Source of the DNA: an uncultured Candidatus Saccharibacteria bacterium
GTDB lineage: Bacteria > Patescibacteriota > Saccharimonadia > Saccharimonadales > CAZPPF01
DNA: 48,237 nt
Direction: 5' to 3'
NCBI GenBank assembly: GCA_964588395.1
Contig: CAZPPF010000004.1
Location: 1-48,237, forward strand
The position numbers were made by a program, and so were the translations under genes. Below the pieces are notes generated by a model, which was given only the letters and a program-made list of their open reading frames with translations, was not told the origin of the DNA and did not search any database. Shown piece after piece: positions 37,842-46,358 of this stretch; position 1 is the first letter of the stretch, and every line of letters begins with the position of its first letter.

Positions 37842-38894
37842 ATGAAATTGAGTCACAATGTAAATTTGTCCGGGTACACTTCGCTAAAAACAGGTGGACC
37901 AGTAGAGCAGCTTGTTGAGCTTGAGACTGATGACGATCTGCAAGCGGCAATTGTGCAGTACGGTTCTGAGGGTCAGATTTGGATCTTGGGTTATGGCACG
38001 AACTGTCTCGTTTCGGATAAAGGCTTGCCTGGAACAGTGATTATTAACAAATCGGGGCGTATTCAGGAAATTGGTCCGCGCAAGTTCAAGGTGGACAGCG
38101 GCGTCAACTGGGATCAATTTATTCAGTATGCAATTCAAAAAGATGCCTGGGGACTGGAGTTTACCAGCGGCATCCCAGGTGGCGTCGGCGCCGCTATCAG
38201 CGGCAACATTGCCGCCTACGGTCATAAAGTTGCCGATTGCCTGGTAGAAGCGACCCTCCTCGACACCTCGAATCATTCTATTGGTATTAGGGATGCATCA
38301 TTTTTTGCGTTTGATTATCGCACCAGCACCTTGCAACAGCCTGAAAACCAAAACTTAGTGGTTTTGGACGCAACCTTTGAGCTGCAAACAAGCCCCACTA
38401 GTGAGCTTGCGTACGCATCGGCATTGGCAGTTGCAAAAGACTTAGGCATTACACCTGTTAGCTTAGAAAATCGGCGTGCCATTATTATGGAAACCCGCAA
38501 ACGTGCCGGATCTTTGCTAAAAGATGCCTCGGAGGGACCCTGGACAGCCGGATCTTTCTTTAAAAACCCGGTAGTCAGTGAAGACAAAGCCCAGGTTATC
38601 ATCGATCACGAAGAAACTAACATCACTCGTGAGCAGCTGTATATCCAGAACCGTATTCATGGCCAAAACAGCATGCGCGTTTCGGCGGCCCACGTGCTTT
38701 TGGCTGCAGGATTTCAGCGCGGGCAAACGTGGGGCAATGTTGGTTTACACCCAGACCATATCCTCAAAATCGAAAACCTTGGCAATGCCACTGCCCAGGA
38801 AATGTACGACGTCGTTCAAATGATTCTAGCAACAGTAAAGGAAAAGCTCGATATAGCCCTGGTACCCGAGGTTCAGTTTCTAGGAGAATTCTAG
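37842..38894 (+). CDS. murB: UDP-N-acetylenolpyruvoylglucosamine reductase
   Basis: TSLKTGG, LGYGTN, GIPGGVG...GNIAAYG, FDYRTS, AGSFFKNP, LVPEV. Confidence 0.92.
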   Translation: MKLSHNVNLSGYTSLKTGGPVEQLVELETDDDLQAAIVQYGSEGQIWILGYGTNCLVSDKGLPGTVIINKSGRIQEIGPRKFKVDSGVNWDQFIQYAIQKDAWGLEFTSGIPGGVGAAISGNIAAYGHKVADCLVEATLLDTSNHSIGIRDASFFAFDYRTSTLQQPENQNLVVLDATFELQTSPTSELAYASALAVAKDLGITPVSLENRRAIIMETRKRAGSLLKDASEGPWTAGSFFKNPVVSEDKAQVIIDHEETNITREQLYIQNRIHGQNSMRVSAAHVLLAAGFQRGQTWGNVGLHPDHILKIENLGNATAQEMYDVVQMILATVKEKLDIALVPEVQFLGEF

Positions 38895-39283
38895 TGGCCG
38901 GTTACTCGGACACGCCATTACTGCAAAAACTCGGGTATAAACCAGGTCAAAGTGTTTTTATGATAAACCAGCCAGGATGGTTCAGAGGATTTCTAAGGTC
39001 TGGTGATGTTGTCCCTTCAGAAATATTGCCATCACACTGGGCTCACGGGTTTTTCTCGTCGCGCGTAGAATTTGAAAAATTCCTAGATCAGATTGATTTT
39101 AACGATATAAAAGTAGGACTATGGGTCAGCTGGCCCAAAAAAACTTCGGGAGTAGAGACTGACCTAACAGAGCAAACTTTTCGCGACCTCATTCTTCCAA
39201 TGGGGTGGGTGGACATTAAGGTTGCCGCCATTGACGATACCTGGAGCGGCCTCAAATTTACTCGTCGAATTACCCCAAACTGA
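38894..39283 (+). CDS. DUF3052-like protein
   Basis: GTG start overlapping the murB stop gives MAGYSDTPLLQKLG...WVSWPKKTSG..TDL...GWVDIKVAAIDDTWSGLKF. Confidence 0.8.
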   Translation: MAGYSDTPLLQKLGYKPGQSVFMINQPGWFRGFLRSGDVVPSEILPSHWAHGFFSSRVEFEKFLDQIDFNDIKVGLWVSWPKKTSGVETDLTEQTFRDLILPMGWVDIKVAAIDDTWSGLKFTRRITPN

Positions 39284-39329
39284 ATCCTCTCAGATTGGGG
39301 ACTCCTACTAAAGCTTAACAAGTTAAGTA

Positions 39330-40607
39330 TTATTTGTCGCTTGGCAAAGGGAACTGATCAGCAAAAGCTTTTACTTCTTTGCTTAACGTGTTAAGTATTT
39401 TTGTGTCTGAGCGGGAAGTGATGGCTTGTTTCATCCATTCGGCCACTTGCTCCATATGTGACTCGTCGAGTCCCCTGGTTGTTATCGCCGGAGTTCCTAG
39501 CCGTAGCCCACTTGGACGAAACGGCGGCAAAGAGTCATTGGGAATAGCATTGCAGTTAGCCGTTAAGCCTATCAGATCAAGAACGTCTTGTGCTTCTCTA
39601 CCGGTAATATCGAAACTTTTTGGCATATCAACCATGATTAAATGATTGTCTGTGCCGTTCGTAACCAGTTTGAAGCCGCGCTTCATCAGTTCATCTGCCA
39701 GTCGCTTGGCATTTTTTAGTACTTGTACAGCATAATCATGAAATTCCGGCTGCTGCGCCTCACCAAAGGCCACGGCTTTTGCCAATGTATTGTTCATGTG
39801 AGGTCCACCCTGGAAACCGGGGAAGACTTCCCTATCAATAAGGGTGGGTAGGTTCTCGACAGTCTTTTCAGGAGCTTTCAGTGGATTGCTGACTGTACCC
39901 TGGCTCATAATCAGCCCACCACGAGGGCCTCGCAGTGTTTTGTGGGTAGTACTGGTAATAATGTGAAAACCAAAGTCAAAAGGATTTGGCAGGGCTTTGC
40001 CGGCAATGAGCCCCGCAATATGGGCCATATCGGCCATCAGCACCGCATTCACTTCCTGGCCGATAGCTGCAAACTTAGCGTAGTCCAAACTCCGTGGGTA
40101 ACCGCTGAATCCCGCTAAGATAATCTTGGGCTTTTCCTTTAGAGCGACTTCTCGCATTTCATCGTAGTCAATTTCGCCAGTTTCGGGGTCCTTAACACCG
40201 TAGCGCACAAAGTTGTACAGCTTAGCGCTACTGGTCACCGGTGCACCGTGAGTCAGATGGCCACCATGATCAAGACGCATAGCCATAATGGTGTCACCGG
40301 GCTGGAGCCAGGCTTGATAAACGGCAATATTGGCCGGCGCCCCGCTGTGCGGCTGGACATTAGCATGGTCAGATCCAAAGAGTTGCTTTGCTCGGTCTAT
40401 GGCAATTTGTTCTACTTGATCGGTGTTTTCTTGACCACCGTAATAGCGTTTGCCGGGATAGCCTTCGGAGTATTTATTGGTGTAGACACTCCCGAGAGCC
40501 GTCAAAACATCGCGGCTCACGTAATTTTCTGAGGGAATTAACTCCAGTCCATCACGTTGACGCTGTTCTTCGGCCTTTAGCAATTGTTGTAGTTTCTTGT
40601 CCTTCAT
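39330..40607 (-). CDS. glyA: serine hydroxymethyltransferase
   Basis: LIPSENY, NKYSEGYPGKRYYGG, GGHLTHG, DMAHIAGL, STTHKTLRGPRGG, SGLRLGT; start MKDKK at 40607 with SD GGAG. Confidence 0.97.
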   Translation of the reverse strand: MKDKKLQQLLKAEEQRQRDGLELIPSENYVSRDVLTALGSVYTNKYSEGYPGKRYYGGQENTDQVEQIAIDRAKQLFGSDHANVQPHSGAPANIAVYQAWLQPGDTIMAMRLDHGGHLTHGAPVTSSAKLYNFVRYGVKDPETGEIDYDEMREVALKEKPKIILAGFSGYPRSLDYAKFAAIGQEVNAVLMADMAHIAGLIAGKALPNPFDFGFHIITSTTHKTLRGPRGGLIMSQGTVSNPLKAPEKTVENLPTLIDREVFPGFQGGPHMNNTLAKAVAFGEAQQPEFHDYAVQVLKNAKRLADELMKRGFKLVTNGTDNHLIMVDMPKSFDITGREAQDVLDLIGLTANCNAIPNDSLPPFRPSGLRLGTPAITTRGLDESHMEQVAEWMKQAITSRSDTKILNTLSKEVKAFADQFPLPSDK

Positions 40608-40647
40608 CGACACTCCGTTTACACCTATTGTAACAACCTTAGTATTT

Positions 40648-40743
40648 GGAAGCACTTATTTTTCTCTGCACTGTCCTCACTCGGCATGTGATGGAATATA
40701 TCACATGCCGGCTGCGGATGTGCCTCAAAAAACATGTGCTTCC
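40648..40743. ncRNA. structured repeat element, copy B (between divergent glyA and murA)
   Basis: GGAAGCAC/GTGCTTCC closing stem; core GCACTGTCCTCACTCGGCATGTGAT...ATCACATGCCGGCTGCGGATGTGCCTC homologous to the minus strand of copy A. Confidence 0.6.
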
Positions 40744-40787
40744 GAGATTTGACTGATATACCATGCGTGATATACTTTCAGGCACAT

Positions 40788-42311
40788 ATGCCCTCGACCA
40801 ACGAGAAAATCGGTCAATTAATTTATCAGATACGACAAGAAAGAGGCCTCACCCAGGCCGGTTTTGCGAAACTTCTTAACACTAGCCAATCAGCCGTCAA
40901 TCGCATCGAACATGGCCGGCAGAATCTCAGCCTCGAGACGTTAGGGCGCATCAGCGACGTACTTAATAAACCAATTATTAGTATTTCTGAGGGCTCAATT
41001 AATCTACGCATCGAAGGCGGACATGAACTTGAGGGCGAAATTACGCTCAAAACCAGTAAAAATGCTGCGGTAGGCCTGCTCTGTGCCAGCTTGCTCAATA
41101 AAGGTACAACTCGGCTGAAGAATGTGGCCCGTATTGAAGAAGTAAATCGTATTATCGAAGTCTTAGTGAGTATTGGGGTCCAAGTTAAATGGCTGCCTGG
41201 CAACGATCTCGAAATAAAACCGCCCGCCAAGCTAAATCTTGAGAATATGAACAAGGCGGCGGCTCGCAAGACACGCAGTGTTTTGATGTTCCTTGGCCCT
41301 CTCATGCACGAATTTAATGAATTCAGGATTCCCTACGCCGGGGGTTGCGAGCTGGGACGCCGAACGGTGCTACCACACTTGTACGCCTTAGAAGAACTGG
41401 GTGTTGAAGTCGATACCAAGAGTGGTCATTACAATGTATTAGTCCGTAAACACCCGGCACGGCGCGAAATTGTACTCTATGAATCGGGTGATACCACAAC
41501 CGAAAATATTCTAATGGCGGCGGCTCGGTTTGAAGGCGAAACCGTGATAAAAATGGCCAGCGCCAACTACATGGTTCAAGACATCTGCTTTTTCTTGCAA
41601 AAACTTGGTGTAAAAGTTGAAGGAATCGGCACGAGTACTTTGCACATTCAGGGCATAAAAAATATAAAAAAGAATGTCACCTACGCCCCTGGCGAAGATC
41701 CCGTAGAAGCCATGACATTTATTGCTGCGGCGGTGGTTACAAATTCTTCTATTACAATCCGTCGTGTGCCGATTGATTTCTTGGAACTTGAGCTTCTGAA
41801 GCTCGAAAAAATGGGTCTGACCTTCAAGGAAACACCGCGCTACAAAGCTGAAAATGGTAAGACTGACTTGGTAGATCTGACAATCTTTAAACACAATCAC
41901 GAATTGGTCGCGCCGCTTGAAAAACTCTATGGTCGCCCTTTCCCTGGACTGAATATCGATAATCTTCCCTACTTTGTTCCAATTGCCGCCGTGGCCAAAG
42001 GTCGCACGCTTATTCATGACTGGGTCTACGAAGATCGAGCCCTGATGTACACCGAGATTAAAAAAATTGGTGTAGATCTGGAGCTAGCCGACCCGCACCG
42101 AGCGTTTGTTAACGGTCCCACTAGATGGCGCGCCGCCGATGTGGTTAGTCCAAGTGGTATCAGGCCAGCCGTGATGTTGCTCATTGGAATGCTAGGCGCT
42201 CAAGGTACATCGGTACTACGCAACGTATATACTATCAACCGTGGTTATGAAGATCTTGCCGAGCGTCTAAACTCTCTTGGTGCTCAAATCACCGTGATGC
42301 ACGAAATCTAA
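40788..42311 (+). CDS. murA: UDP-N-acetylglucosamine 1-carboxyvinyltransferase with N-terminal XRE HTH
   Basis: HTH (RQERGLTQAGFAKLLNTSQSAVNRIEHG), then SKNAA, AGGCELGRR (catalytic Cys), RGYEDL; start MPSTNEK at 40788 behind TTGACT-16-TATACT. Confidence 0.92.
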   Translation: MPSTNEKIGQLIYQIRQERGLTQAGFAKLLNTSQSAVNRIEHGRQNLSLETLGRISDVLNKPIISISEGSINLRIEGGHELEGEITLKTSKNAAVGLLCASLLNKGTTRLKNVARIEEVNRIIEVLVSIGVQVKWLPGNDLEIKPPAKLNLENMNKAAARKTRSVLMFLGPLMHEFNEFRIPYAGGCELGRRTVLPHLYALEELGVEVDTKSGHYNVLVRKHPARREIVLYESGDTTTENILMAAARFEGETVIKMASANYMVQDICFFLQKLGVKVEGIGTSTLHIQGIKNIKKNVTYAPGEDPVEAMTFIAAAVVTNSSITIRRVPIDFLELELLKLEKMGLTFKETPRYKAENGKTDLVDLTIFKHNHELVAPLEKLYGRPFPGLNIDNLPYFVPIAAVAKGRTLIHDWVYEDRALMYTEIKKIGVDLELADPHRAFVNGPTRWRAADVVSPSGIRPAVMLLIGMLGAQGTSVLRNVYTINRGYEDLAERLNSLGAQITVMHEI

Positions 42312-43585
42312 GTAATAGCGACTGACTGGCCGGTACGTTCTGGTGAAACCCACTTGCCATCTGTTTTTACCTTGCGAGTAATTTGTTTCATGTTGAACAA
42401 GCAGCGGAAGATAGAGACTATCTGCACAATGCTCATGATGTAAAAGACAAAATACAGAATGGGTGCATAGAAGCTCATCGAGAATTTACGACGAACCGAG
42501 GCATGTTCATCAGGCCAAATATTCCAAAAAATATACAGCGTAATTGTCATGTAAGCGCCCACAAAAATACTTATGGTGTGAAAGGCTATCGATAGGTAGA
42601 TAAGGTAAGCCCAGGCCAAGGGTTCTAGAACCAATAGCGCTTCACCTAGGAAAGCCATCGGAATACGATACATTGTCAAAGACCAGGTGAATTTTGGATC
42701 ATTATTAGCAAACAATGCTTTGTTTTTGAGCAGATTCTGGAGCATTCCCATCTTCCAACGGTAGCGTTGCTTGAGCAGTGTTTTGAAGTCTTTAACCCCT
42801 TCAGTCATAGCTACTACGTCTACACCGTAGACCAAACGATGATCTTTGTTACCCTTTGAGGAAATCTTGAGACTCAGGCCAATATCTTCGGTACTCGTGT
42901 CGGTATCATAAAAACCAACGTCCTTCATGATGGAACGACGATAGGTCGAAGCAACGCCGCCAATAATAAACTCACAGTTTGTGAGCGAATAAAATTTCTT
43001 TGAACGATATCCAATCATGTGTTCGAATCGCTGCAAAAGCCCAATGATCGTTGGGCTTTCCATAACACGAACATTAGCTGCAACTCCGGCAATCTGTTCG
43101 TCCCCAAAGTAAGAAACAGCATTCGTGATAGCATTTTTGTGCAGGATAGAGTCTGCATCGAGTGTCATAATGAGATCGCCTTGTGCTTGGCGCTTTAATC
43201 CGTAGTTAAGCGCAGCAGCTTTGCCAGAGTTCTTTGGCATCTTCAGCAAGCTAATGGTGCGATTCGGATGATCGCAAATGTACTGCGTAACCAGTTCGTG
43301 TGTTTTGTCCTTGGAACCATCATCAATCACTACAACTTCCCACTTTCGATAGGTGTTTTTGCGTATGGATTCGAGGCAACGAATAATGCTGAGTTCTTCG
43401 TTATAGGCAGCAATCAGTACGGTAACGCGCGGACGAGTGTTGTGATGACGCTTTGGTAACTTCTTTTGGCGATGAAATTGCCAGACATCGTAGAAATTTG
43501 CCCCAACCAGATATAAACCAAAGTGCAGCAAGTAGATTATGCCAATCGCAATAAAAGTATCAAAAAATATAGGATTGGGGGTCAT
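42308..43585 (-). CDS. processive GT2 glycosyltransferase (PgaC/IcaA/CESA-like)
   Basis: AAYNEE, DDGSKD, GKAAALN, DADS, TEDI, QRYRW; flanking TM helices. Confidence 0.92.
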   Translation of the reverse strand: MTPNPIFFDTFIAIGIIYLLHFGLYLVGANFYDVWQFHRQKKLPKRHHNTRPRVTVLIAAYNEELSIIRCLESIRKNTYRKWEVVVIDDGSKDKTHELVTQYICDHPNRTISLLKMPKNSGKAAALNYGLKRQAQGDLIMTLDADSILHKNAITNAVSYFGDEQIAGVAANVRVMESPTIIGLLQRFEHMIGYRSKKFYSLTNCEFIIGGVASTYRRSIMKDVGFYDTDTSTEDIGLSLKISSKGNKDHRLVYGVDVVAMTEGVKDFKTLLKQRYRWKMGMLQNLLKNKALFANNDPKFTWSLTMYRIPMAFLGEALLVLEPLAWAYLIYLSIAFHTISIFVGAYMTITLYIFWNIWPDEHASVRRKFSMSFYAPILYFVFYIMSIVQIVSIFRCLFNMKQITRKVKTDGKWVSPERTGQSVAIT

Positions 43586-43586
43586 G

Positions 43587-44168
43587 TTAGGAAACCTTTA
43601 CCAGATCAAAGGTCATTAGATCACGATTTTGATACCAAATACCTGTGCACGTTTGCAGGGTCAATATGGGTGCACCACGATAGGTAAATAACGTGTCGTC
43701 ATTAGGATTGGTTTCGTAATGACTCCGGTATTTGTAGGTAAAAATGTGGTTATTGTCGGTATATACATAGGCAAGCTGACCAATTTGAAGTTTTGGTAAA
43801 CGATTGAAAACTTCTTTGCGGTTATGTCCGTAGATAAAGGTATTGCCTTCTTGATTATTCGCTTCGGGCGTCATAAGCGCATATTGCGCTTTGGTCAAAC
43901 TTAATGACCAGGTTTTAGAAGATGGGTAGTATATACCATCGGCAATTTGGACATCGATGCTTACATCGGGTAATACAATTCGAACAGGTTTGCCCTTGAT
44001 TACATTGTTTGCCTTGGTAGCAGCTAAAAGCTGGCCATTGCGATCAGGCGCATTGGCCGCTGGACCCTGGTGATGCAAATGCCAATAATCTCTTAATGGC
44101 TGAAAAGCCATAAGGCTGCCCGCTAATACAAACAAGATTCCGATGGTGAAAATGTATCGCTTATTCAT
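43587..44168 (-). CDS. sortase
   Basis: N-terminal TM; GNTFIYGHN (His), LTLQTC (Cys), downstream NR (Arg). Confidence 0.9.
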   Translation of the reverse strand: MNKRYIFTIGILFVLAGSLMAFQPLRDYWHLHHQGPAANAPDRNGQLLAATKANNVIKGKPVRIVLPDVSIDVQIADGIYYPSSKTWSLSLTKAQYALMTPEANNQEGNTFIYGHNRKEVFNRLPKLQIGQLAYVYTDNNHIFTYKYRSHYETNPNDDTLFTYRGAPILTLQTCTGIWYQNRDLMTFDLVKVS

Positions 44169-44183
44169 AATAATTATTTCTAT

Positions 44184-44227
44184 AAAAAGAGGGAGCGGGC
44201 AAACTATAAATAGCTCATCCCCTCCCC
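44184..44227 (-). terminator. terminator-like hairpin between the mini-LPXTG gene and sortase
   Basis: Minus strand GGGGAGGGGATGAGC...GTTTGCCCGCTCCCTC-TTTTT (imperfect stem). Confidence 0.55.
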
Positions 44228-44242
44228 ATTCTTAGAAACGTC

Positions 44243-44416
44243 TTACGCTTTGAAAGCCTTTTTAGCGGCAAAACGAAAAACGCTGGTTGCTACGATAGCT
44301 ACGCCAACGGCGAAGGTGATTGTAGCGACAACTGCCATAAGTGTGCTGTTGCCAGTGTTAGGCAAAACAACTGCTGCGGTAGTTGCGGTTGTGGCACCGA
44401 GTACTGCTTGGTACAT
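44243..44416 (-). CDS. 57-aa mini-protein consisting almost entirely of an LPXTG sorting signal (not in the ORF track)
   Basis: SD GGGAGG; MYQAVLGATTATTAAVVLPNTGNSTLMAVVATITFAVGVAIVATSVFRFAAKKAFKA*; LPNTG + TM + basic tail; upstream TTGACA(44512-44507)-16-TAGAAT(44490-44485). Confidence 0.85.
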   Translation of the reverse strand: MYQAVLGATTATTAAVVLPNTGNSTLMAVVATITFAVGVAIVATSVFRFAAKKAFKA

Positions 44417-44540
44417 AAGGTGTAACCTCCCATTAATTAATGTAGATGACTACTGGCTCCACCCCATAATCATACTGGTTATGCATTCTACACTATTTAG
44501 GATATTTGTCAACTATATTATATTAATGTTTATGCTTAGT

Positions 44541-46274
44541 TCATTTTGCTAATGTTGCTTGCAGACTTTTGTAAGCTGGTTTTGGCAAATAATTGGCTTC
44601 CCACAAAAGGTCATCACCATAGTCCGGCGGGTAACTATGCAACATGGTAGTAGAGCCATATTTGTCGGTAATGCCCCATGTAGTAAACGACGTACAGCTG
44701 GGTTCTGCCAGACAAACCTTCAGTACGCTCGCATATTGCTCGGCTTGCTGACCTGCATCTACACCAGTTACATCCATTTCAGAAATTCGAGACGAAAAGC
44801 CAAATTTCTGTAACTCTTCAATATGTTTTTGTAGAGTCGCTGTACCAATTTGATCACCATCTTCATATACGTGAGCTTGAAAACCTACACCATCAATAGG
44901 TACGCCTCGACTTTTTAGGCGTTGTAATAGTGCTAGCATGCTGTCCCAGCGGTCTCCATCAGCTTCAAGTCCAAAGTCATTAATATACAGCTTGGCGCTT
45001 GGATCAACCTGGTGAGCAGTTTGAAACGCAATGTCTATGTATTGTTCGCCCATAGCTCGGTACCAGATGGTTTGGCGTATATCTGGACTAGTGGTATCGC
45101 TTTCATCATTATTAGCTAAAGGCTCATTAACAACGTCCCACTCACTCACTTTGCCCTTATAGTGATTAACCACAGTTTGAATGTGATCAATCATGACCTG
45201 CTGACGTTGATTTAGGGGGGTGTCTTGCATCCACTTGGGATTGGCTTCGCCAAAGACCAGGGCATGGCCGTGGACTTGCATGCCGTTAGCCTTGGCAAAA
45301 TCTACCAGTGTGTCAGCTTCCTCGAAGCTATAGACGTTCGGCTCAGGATGAATAAACTGCGGCTTCATAGCATTCTCTGGCGTGAGTATGCTAAATTGGC
45401 CCCCAGCCAGGCTGCGGTAAGTGTCGTCACTAAGCAATGGGTAGTCAGCAATGGCTGTTCCTATTATAAGCGGGCGTTTGCTGAGGTTACGCAGGGCGTT
45501 TGGGTCTGAATGTGGAACCGCTACGTTTGGGGCACTAACGATTTGAAGCTTAGCCTTATGAAGAGCGTGGACATTGAGTGACGTCAAAGTCCAACCATTG
45601 CCGCCGACTTCGGCATCCAGCCCAAACCAGATCTTTCGTGAGGCAAATATATTGTGATCGGGCATTGTCCCCAATTGGGTTGAGCCACTAAATACGACTA
45701 CGCTTTTACCAACGTGCTTAACCGTCAGCACCGCCTCACTTGCCTGTGTCATGGTAAAACTCTTAACTTCTAATGGATCGGCTTTTGATCCGTCCCATAT
45801 AGAAAGCGTTACCTTGTCGGCTTTTATACCAATATCAAGCGATGGACCATCATAACGCCATTCATCATAAATAATAGGAACGGCTGCGTAGAGTCGCAGT
45901 GATGCAGTTTTATCGGATAAGTCTTTGGCTCTTAGGCTCAGTTCAAAATCTCCTGATACTTCCAGGTGGGAGCCTGGTACATTCACGGGTGGATTGGGTT
46001 GGCCGCCTGTGCCATCCTGGTTTACGATAGCCCGCCCCAGTGGTTTAACATGCACTCCGGAAGCATCTTGGGTTGCCCCTGCTAGGTGGGTCCAATCCCT
46101 TCCACTAATCAGATCCGGCTGAATTGCCGCAAACACCGAGTCAGCATAAAAATCATTGGCTTTGAGAGAATAATAATAGACCAGCCCCGTTAGTGCGCCA
46201 AAAATTATCAAGACATCAATAGTTATCCGGCTCAGCTTTAATTTTTTTGGGAACTTGCTCAAATTTAATTTCAT
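44541..46274 (-). CDS. membrane-anchored GH10 glycoside hydrolase (endo-xylanase fold)
   Basis: TPENAMK, HGHALV, WDVVNEP (acid/base Glu), LYINDF, DGVGFQAH, ISEMDV (nucleophile), WGITD. Confidence 0.9.
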   Translation of the reverse strand: MKLNLSKFPKKLKLSRITIDVLIIFGALTGLVYYYSLKANDFYADSVFAAIQPDLISGRDWTHLAGATQDASGVHVKPLGRAIVNQDGTGGQPNPPVNVPGSHLEVSGDFELSLRAKDLSDKTASLRLYAAVPIIYDEWRYDGPSLDIGIKADKVTLSIWDGSKADPLEVKSFTMTQASEAVLTVKHVGKSVVVFSGSTQLGTMPDHNIFASRKIWFGLDAEVGGNGWTLTSLNVHALHKAKLQIVSAPNVAVPHSDPNALRNLSKRPLIIGTAIADYPLLSDDTYRSLAGGQFSILTPENAMKPQFIHPEPNVYSFEEADTLVDFAKANGMQVHGHALVFGEANPKWMQDTPLNQRQQVMIDHIQTVVNHYKGKVSEWDVVNEPLANNDESDTTSPDIRQTIWYRAMGEQYIDIAFQTAHQVDPSAKLYINDFGLEADGDRWDSMLALLQRLKSRGVPIDGVGFQAHVYEDGDQIGTATLQKHIEELQKFGFSSRISEMDVTGVDAGQQAEQYASVLKVCLAEPSCTSFTTWGITDKYGSTTMLHSYPPDYGDDLLWEANYLPKPAYKSLQATLAK

Positions 46275-46358
46275 TATAAAGTACTTGATTTAATGACCTA
46301 AGTATTATATACTATCGGTCAAGTAGTGGGCCTATTATTCTAAGTGAGGTGAGGTTTA

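Noticed and set aside
38729-38893. N-terminal 55 aa of the 184-aa ORF
   Set aside because: It overlaps murB out of frame; the family-like sequence begins at GTG 38894.
44250-44552. Plus-strand 100-aa ORF
   Set aside because: It is the antisense shadow of the 57-aa LPNTG gene, which has a promoter, SD, sorting signal and adjacent sortase.
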